Virus record (IMG/VR): IMGVR_UViG_3300037458_001593 | Coordinates: 1-51,801 of that record | DNA: 51,801 nt | Source of the DNA: a virus | Taxonomy: Duplodnaviria; Caudoviricetes | Reading direction: 5' to 3' (one strand) | Notes under the pieces: generated by a model | Seen by the model: the letters and a program-made list of their open reading frames with translations, nothing else | Told to the model about the DNA's origin: nothing | Database searches by the model: none | In this document: positions 46,389 through 51,801 of the stretch, piece by piece | How positions within the stretch are numbered: position 1 is the first letter of the stretch | Layout of the letters: each line of letters starts with the position of its first letter | Made by a program: the position numbers and the translations under genes

Positions 46389-46810
46389 GCATTACGAACA
46401 AGCGTATCCTCGAAATTGCCTTCAAAGTTGAAGAAGCCCGCCGCGCACAGCTACCGCTGGATAGCGAGCAGTTCAATCCAGAATACTTTCTTGCTCATCT
46501 GAACGCAGATGAAGAGGCAATCGAAAGAATCATTTCTGAAAAGGAAGTAGAGGAGGCTGACCGGCATCGTCAGTGGAGGATTGAGAAAGAGGCGGATGGC
46601 TGGGTCTGGGGGCCTCAATTCAATGCTGGCATGAAGACACATCCGCATCTTGTTGAATACCAGTACCTCCCAGAAGCCTGGAGGCAACAAGCTGTGGCCT
46701 TCCGCGTTCTCGTGCAAGAGCTAGCGGCCCTCCGTGCTGAACTACAAGCAGGCATGAAGGAAGAAGCATCAGAGGAACAACCCGCAAAACATACAAAGAA
46801 GCACAAGTAA
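46385..46810 (+). CDS. RyR-domain protein
   Basis: HRQWRIEKEADGWVWGP....KTHPHLVEYQYLP. Confidence 0.75.
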   Translation: MSITNKRILEIAFKVEEARRAQLPLDSEQFNPEYFLAHLNADEEAIERIISEKEVEEADRHRQWRIEKEADGWVWGPQFNAGMKTHPHLVEYQYLPEAWRQQAVAFRVLVQELAALRAELQAGMKEEASEEQPAKHTKKHK

Positions 46811-46843
46811 AGCCCTCGTGACGTAACCCAAATAAGGTACAGT

Positions 46844-46960
46844 ATGATTGCCTTCCTATTCAAGGTATTCGCGCTCATTGTGCTCGCCCCTGCGGTGGCC
46901 CTCGGCGGTATCGTGATCTTCATTCTCCTGGTGATTCTTGGCAATACTCTACTCCACTAG
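46844..46960 (+). CDS. Small hydrophobic peptide
   Basis: 38 aa MIAFLFKVFALIVLAP..., TAAGG SD. Confidence 0.5.
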   Translation: MIAFLFKVFALIVLAPAVALGGIVIFILLVILGNTLLH

Positions 46961-47027
46961 TTCAAAGGACCAACAGAAGAATCACAATGGGTCATTATGC
47001 CGCAGAGATGCAGCTCGAAAGAAATAC

Positions 47028-47298
47028 ATGGAAACGATGATTCAACCGAAAGTCACATGCTATCGGCAACTGACCGAGGCTGCTGAGGTGGCGCTGATGA
47101 ATGAGGGTAAGAGGCTTGCAGAGCAATGCGGGGGCATACATTGCTAAGCTGCGAGAACATGCAGACATCAGCCGCAAACATACTGAGCCTATGCTGGAAC
47201 CGGCACTGGATCAACGATGGATTAGCATCGGTGCGACTCATTTACAACAGGGGTTCATGTGTGTAACACGGGGTATTGCGCAGCCAACTACCTTCTAG
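47028..47298 (+). pseudogene. acb2: Acb2/Tad1-family anti-CBASS sponge-like gene, frameshifted at a G5 run
   Basis: N-half KVTCYRQLTEAAEVALMNEGK and C-half RWISIGATHLQQGFMCVTRGIAQPTTF join into 89 aa if one G of 47130-47134 is removed. Confidence 0.75.
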
Positions 47299-47308
47299 AG
47301 GACAGTAT

Positions 47309-47515
47309 ATGACGACATATCGCATGTACCGATGCAACCTGTGCAGCGACTACATCAAGCCTACAGACTCCACGAGCAAGGAAGGCTTCGGCGTGCATTT
47401 CTTGGCCAGTGGCTCCGCTGTATTCAAGCGTCCGCACGAGACCGAGCATCATATCTGCCACCAGTGTGCCGTGAGCGTGCACAATGAGATGCGCAAGGTG
47501 ATGCCGGCAGGCTAA
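47309..47515 (+). CDS. Small zinc-finger-like protein
   Basis: GAGGA SD; CNLC...HICHQC. Confidence 0.7.
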   Translation: MTTYRMYRCNLCSDYIKPTDSTSKEGFGVHFLASGSAVFKRPHETEHHICHQCAVSVHNEMRKVMPAG

Positions 47516-47532
47516 TCTCCTTGTCGGAATTT

Positions 47533-47584
47533 GAAGCCCGCTAGTGGCGACCCGGATGGGTTACCGCTAACGGGCTTCTTTTTT
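47533..47584 (+). terminator. Intrinsic terminator ending the plus-strand arm
   Basis: GAAGCCCGCTAGTGGCGACCC-GGAT-GGGTTACCGCTAACGGGCTTC followed by T6, at the convergence point. Confidence 0.85.
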
Positions 47585-47619
47585 GCTTACCTAACGAAAC
47601 TTTGAGTCTTTCGACCTGG

Positions 47620-50600
47620 TTAGAACTTCACTTCTTCATCGTCAGCAGGCTTCCTTCCCACCGCAGGCGACTTCACTACAAGGTCCTCCCCACCGAAAGG
47701 TGTCTTTTCAGGGGCATTCACCTCACGGGCGCGAGGCGGTTTCAGTTTTGTGGCCTCTCCTTTCTTTTGCTTCGGCTTGACAAGTGCTGCCCCGCTAGGT
47801 GACATCTGCCAAATGCCTGCAGTGCCTGCCCGGCTGTTCAGCAGATCTCCAGCTCGACGCGTAGACGCTTCAAAATTCCTTGCCCAAGGCTCCAGAATAT
47901 CGGATGGACCGTCAAGCTGAAGATAACGCTCTGCCAAATTCACCAGCTCGTATACCTTGAATGGCGATACTGCAATGTACTTCGCTTGCGTCGGAGTAAG
48001 CTTGTGTGAAGGAATCCAACCGTGCTGCTCAGCTTGCTTGAGAATCTCTTTCGTTCTCTTGATTCTATCGAGCTTAGCAGCTTCCTTCCTTTCGCTCATC
48101 TTCCTCGCCAGAGGCTGTGTAGTTGCTGCCGCTTCATTAAGAACGAATCTCTCGTAGGCCTCATCGAATAACGCGCCGAGTGCTGCAAACTCCCCCTGCG
48201 TCCCGATGCCAACCACAGAGTCTGGCCTGCGCGTACGCATGTCGTCGAACAGATCGGCTTTCGCCCAGCGAACTACCTTTGCAATACGTTTACCGAACTT
48301 CGCAATCTGCGGAATTGCCCTTGGGATCGCGATATTGTTGTAAACGTTCCTGTAAAGCAGAGAACCACTAGGAGTACTGATCGAAGAGTCATGCACCCAC
48401 ATGACAGGCTCAGGGACAGTCTTCCCACGATTAGCAAAGATCGTAGCCCACTTAACAAGGTCGCCGTCAATCGACTGGATAGGCAAAACTGCGAAAGCTC
48501 GAGCCATCCAAGTGCCGATCGCATTGTTGAACGGATCATACCGCTGGGCCACCCGGTTGAAGATCCACTGCGTCCCGCGCGTTGCTTGCGGCATGTAGCC
48601 GAGCTCCGCAGAGGGCACCGTCGCCTGTGCCCCGGTAGGGGGGTCCACAAAAGCGTCTGCCGAGGCGCGTGGCCTGGAGAGCTTTATACGCCGGCTATCC
48701 TCCTCGATAGCACTGTCCACAACAACGTTCGAATCTCCGCTACGGTTGATAAGTACCGTACCTACAGGAGTGAACACGGAGGTATCTCCTGAAGGGCCGG
48801 GCATCATGATCGACTTGCCCATCACTGCCATGAAGCGCGCAATGCTTTTCATGATGAATGTGCCATTCGTATCGAGCACTTCCCGTAGTCCAAGTTCGAC
48901 GGCGGAGGACAGATCGAGTGCGACATCACCAGGATTACTGTAAAGCCGGGTCTCGATCAAATACTTCTGGACCAGTTCACTGTACAGCGGCGTATCGAAC
49001 AGAGTCTCATGCAAGAGGTCCGTGAACATGCTAGCATCCTTGCCATAGGCTGCCTGCATAAGCGGAGACTTGAAGAAATCCTTTGCAAAACGGTCTGCTC
49101 CAACTTCTTCGATTGCCGCTGCCACGAAGGAACGCCACCCAGCTGCAGTATCTGGCCTGTCTTCCATCAGCATCTTATCGAGATTCTCGAAAGATACATT
49201 CATGAAGTAAGTACGCATGTCTGCCAGTTTGGGATTCGCGGTACCAAGTCTAACTGTCACACCGCCAGAGGCCGCGTACGACGGAGAGTTGAGATCCGCT
49301 CCAAAGAAGAGAGATTGAAGAAAGATACCATTCTGATTTCCATCATCGAAGGCATGGTGGGTCATCGGTACGCTAGCCCTGGCCGATGGCTCCTTATTAT
49401 CCAATGCAAAGTTTCCAAATCCCTGCTTGAGCTGGAAGAAATCATCAACAAGATTCTTAGCTCCGAGGGATTCGCCACGTTCCATACCGAACAGAAAGTC
49501 CTTGATGTCCTGCGGGGCTCCTTCCGGATCTTCAAGAAATTTGTTGTAGCCTGCACCAAGCTCTGCCAATCTATTGCCGATCTCTGGGGTGTACAGCTTG
49601 ATCGCCTCCAAGATTGGCATCTTTGTGATGTTGTGCAGACCAGGTTCTACTGCTGTGTAGAAGAACACTACGGCATTGTACATCGTCCCGAGTGCCCCGC
49701 GCTCTGTAGGTGCTAGATTGGTAAGCCGATTGTGCTGCTCTTCACCCAGTGTGCTGAACACAGTCTTTGCGAGATACTTGACACGGTAGACCCCCTCCTG
49801 GGAGAACATGTCAATAGGCCTTACGATGTCTTGCTTTGCCAGAGAAAGCGTATCGCGGATAACATTTTTGTTCCCCATGAAATCTAGGTCAAAAGAATTC
49901 GGGAAGAACCGCTGATTCGCGATTGAGTGTGACCATTGTCCATAACGAAGACCAGGGCTGCCCGAGATGGCTTTCAATGCCATGAGAACCTTGTCGCGTT
50001 CCATGCCCATCACTGCGATAGCTGCCTCTGCTGATTCCCTCTCATACTGGAATTTCATCGCGGCATCTTTACCATCATAATCACGCGGAGGTTTATGATT
50101 ATTCTTTGCAGCTAGATAGTTGCCCTCTGAAAGACCATACCTATGCGCTGCAGGGTGATTAGACCACATGAACCTACGGCCGTTCGTATCCCGCTGTATC
50201 ATGTCTGGAGCGAGAACTTGCTCGATCATGATGTTAGTGAACTTCAGATCTTTCACACGGAACTGCATAGCAATCGAACCGAGAATGTCCTTGGTAAGCT
50301 CTGCAGCAGAAGTCACAAGTTCACTAAGATATGGCGCAATATTGCTTTCGTCAACTTTGACAGAACGCTTTGTCATTCTCGGGCCACCAGCAGTGAAGCT
50401 CGAGCCACCACGCGCAGGAACCGTAAGTGAGCGAGTCATGGTGCTATCGCCTGCCAGCGTATCTGCAGCCAGCTGGAGTGTCCTCGCGCGAGCCTTGATG
50501 CCAGGCATGCCGACAATCATCGGGCGAGGGTCACCTTTTGTATGCACAGGCATCACCATCCCGCGATTGATCGCATCCAACGCGAGTGCCTTTGCCAGTG

Positions 50601-51555
50601 CCTCTTGCGCCTCCCGGGGGACCTTGTTATCAAGCTGGACGTTACGAAGCCCGTTGTTCAAGAAATGACGAATAGAGCTGATGAAGTCGCTCAAGTACTG
50701 AACGTCGTCAAGAGCGTAACCATCCTTGTCTTGCGGGACCTCATTCTTCTGGTGGAACTTCTTGTTGTATTGCGGTGTCTGAGAGATCGCCCTGTTAAAA
50801 GCAACCGCGCCTAGTGTTGCAAACAGCTTTGGTGCATCCTCATTCTCTAGCATGCCGAGCTGGTTGAGCACATGTGTACCTGCGGGTAGTGTACCGCCAT
50901 ACCCATCTTGCACTTGCGCACGGCTGTCATTCTGGAAGAGCGCATTGTAGGAATCTGCAATGGCAACATCTAGCGGAGGCGCACTCTTATCTGCGTAGTT
51001 GCGGATGAAAGTGTCATCCCAGTCTGTTACCATAGATTCTTGTCTAGGATGCCCTCCAATAGCAGCATACCGGGTAGACTCCATAGCACGCTCAAGGGCC
51101 GGCGACGTTGCATTGGGATCTTCTGCAATGTCGTACAAGGCACCAGCAATATCTGCCTGCGCCTCTCTCTCCACCTCGAGCTGGTTGTTATAGGCATCTA
51201 CCCCGTACGGCCTCGTTACAATCTCGCCAGACTCATCACGGAGCGGGTTCTGCTGAGCATCAAGAAGAATCTCGGAGCGTGGCTGCGCCCCAAATGCGGT
51301 ACCAAATGCCTGCGGAACATCTTCCATTGACTCCAATTGGTTGAAGTCATTGACAAGTGCTTTACCGCGTTCAACATCGAGAATAGGGACCTGCGGGACA
51401 CTCTCCACCATTGCCTGCACGGTCTTTCTCGGATCTTCTGCAGGGAGCGGTTGGTACCCTCCTTGGATTTGGATCTGAGCTTGCCTGGCAGCAAGATCTT
51501 CACCAGACAGGGGCTTTGGACGGCCAAGTGGCGCAACACGAGGACGGAGGCTCAT
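47620..51555 (-). CDS. Putative virion-encapsidated single-subunit RNA polymerase (1311 aa)
   Basis: Motif A FDDGNQNG, motif B KDFFKSPLMQAAYG, PIQSIDG, motif C WVHDS in correct order; no Cys; on the late strand. Confidence 0.75.
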   Translation of the reverse strand: MSLRPRVAPLGRPKPLSGEDLAARQAQIQIQGGYQPLPAEDPRKTVQAMVESVPQVPILDVERGKALVNDFNQLESMEDVPQAFGTAFGAQPRSEILLDAQQNPLRDESGEIVTRPYGVDAYNNQLEVEREAQADIAGALYDIAEDPNATSPALERAMESTRYAAIGGHPRQESMVTDWDDTFIRNYADKSAPPLDVAIADSYNALFQNDSRAQVQDGYGGTLPAGTHVLNQLGMLENEDAPKLFATLGAVAFNRAISQTPQYNKKFHQKNEVPQDKDGYALDDVQYLSDFISSIRHFLNNGLRNVQLDNKVPREAQEALAKALALDAINRGMVMPVHTKGDPRPMIVGMPGIKARARTLQLAADTLAGDSTMTRSLTVPARGGSSFTAGGPRMTKRSVKVDESNIAPYLSELVTSAAELTKDILGSIAMQFRVKDLKFTNIMIEQVLAPDMIQRDTNGRRFMWSNHPAAHRYGLSEGNYLAAKNNHKPPRDYDGKDAAMKFQYERESAEAAIAVMGMERDKVLMALKAISGSPGLRYGQWSHSIANQRFFPNSFDLDFMGNKNVIRDTLSLAKQDIVRPIDMFSQEGVYRVKYLAKTVFSTLGEEQHNRLTNLAPTERGALGTMYNAVVFFYTAVEPGLHNITKMPILEAIKLYTPEIGNRLAELGAGYNKFLEDPEGAPQDIKDFLFGMERGESLGAKNLVDDFFQLKQGFGNFALDNKEPSARASVPMTHHAFDDGNQNGIFLQSLFFGADLNSPSYAASGGVTVRLGTANPKLADMRTYFMNVSFENLDKMLMEDRPDTAAGWRSFVAAAIEEVGADRFAKDFFKSPLMQAAYGKDASMFTDLLHETLFDTPLYSELVQKYLIETRLYSNPGDVALDLSSAVELGLREVLDTNGTFIMKSIARFMAVMGKSIMMPGPSGDTSVFTPVGTVLINRSGDSNVVVDSAIEEDSRRIKLSRPRASADAFVDPPTGAQATVPSAELGYMPQATRGTQWIFNRVAQRYDPFNNAIGTWMARAFAVLPIQSIDGDLVKWATIFANRGKTVPEPVMWVHDSSISTPSGSLLYRNVYNNIAIPRAIPQIAKFGKRIAKVVRWAKADLFDDMRTRRPDSVVGIGTQGEFAALGALFDEAYERFVLNEAAATTQPLARKMSERKEAAKLDRIKRTKEILKQAEQHGWIPSHKLTPTQAKYIAVSPFKVYELVNLAERYLQLDGPSDILEPWARNFEASTRRAGDLLNSRAGTAGIWQMSPSGAALVKPKQKKGEATKLKPPRAREVNAPEKTPFGGEDLVVKSPAVGRKPADDEEVKF

Positions 51556-51801
51556 TTGTTTTCATCCTTGAACTGTTTAGAGATGTGCTTAGCGGCGACA
51601 GGGAAGGAGCCGATAAACGGGGATGCACGAACACCTAACTCAACGCCCTTCGGGACGTTATCATCTGCTATGTTGTAGCCTGCTCTAACGACCTTGTCTG
51701 CCCAGCCAATGGGAGGGGCAATGGAAGTTGCCTTATCCCAAGTCCATTTCACAGGGTCGTTCAACGGGGAAATATCACGTCTCGGGTACAGCGGTGTGAC
51801 T
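51552..51801 (-). CDS. 3' end of a late-strand gene (likely internal virion protein), runs off right edge
   Basis: Frame open from window edge to TGA at 51552; ATGA coupling with the 1311-aa gene. Confidence 0.6.
   Translation of the reverse strand, partial: VTPLYPRRDISPLNDPVKWTWDKATSIAPPIGWADKVVRAGYNIADDNVPKGVELGVRASPFIGSFPVAAKHISKQFKDENK

Noticed and set aside
1-51801. Genome-wide stop codon reassignment
   Set aside because: Core genes are intact in the standard code and end in TAA, TAG and TGA; only one in-frame TGA seen
1-51801. tRNA, rRNA, integrase, repressor, transposase, reverse transcriptase, intein or intron
   Set aside because: None recognised by eye; polA, nrdJ, terL and helicase appear uninterrupted; a tRNAscan/Infernal run would be needed to exclude RNAs firmly

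Overview
The window is most of a lytic podovirus-type (Caudoviricetes) genome, apparently circularly permuted, with the likely physical genome end near 22.0-22.1 kb. Minus strand 1-21945: virion module (terL, portal, scaffold, SU10/DUF5309-type major capsid, a GC-rich fibre cassette, adaptor/nozzle, tail fibres, embedded lysis genes, ejection proteins). Plus strand 22.2-47.5 kb: early and replication genes (SSB, ATP-dependent ligase, T7-like PolA, 5'-3' exonuclease, GIY-YIG-like protein, primase-helicase, a 736-aa single-subunit RNA polymerase, class II RNR). Minus strand 47620-51555: a 1311-aa, cysteine-free protein with divergent but correctly ordered single-subunit RNAP motifs A/B/C, which I infer is a second, virion-packaged RNA polymerase. 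The best candidate for an undescribed system is this compact two-RNAP, N4-like transcription set-up, together with (i) about 15 dispersed AGACTC-N3/4-GAGTCTCG hairpins, (ii) three covarying structured elements in front of the first early genes and (iii) a 110-nt adenine-free stretch at the inferred leading end. Also notable are a frameshifted anti-CBASS Acb2-like gene, an iteron-like repeat cluster, a G-U-rich structured RNA candidate, and PolA with substitutions at the steric gate and O-helix tyrosine. All family calls are from motif recognition by eye; no searches were run, and novelty relative to the literature is unverified.
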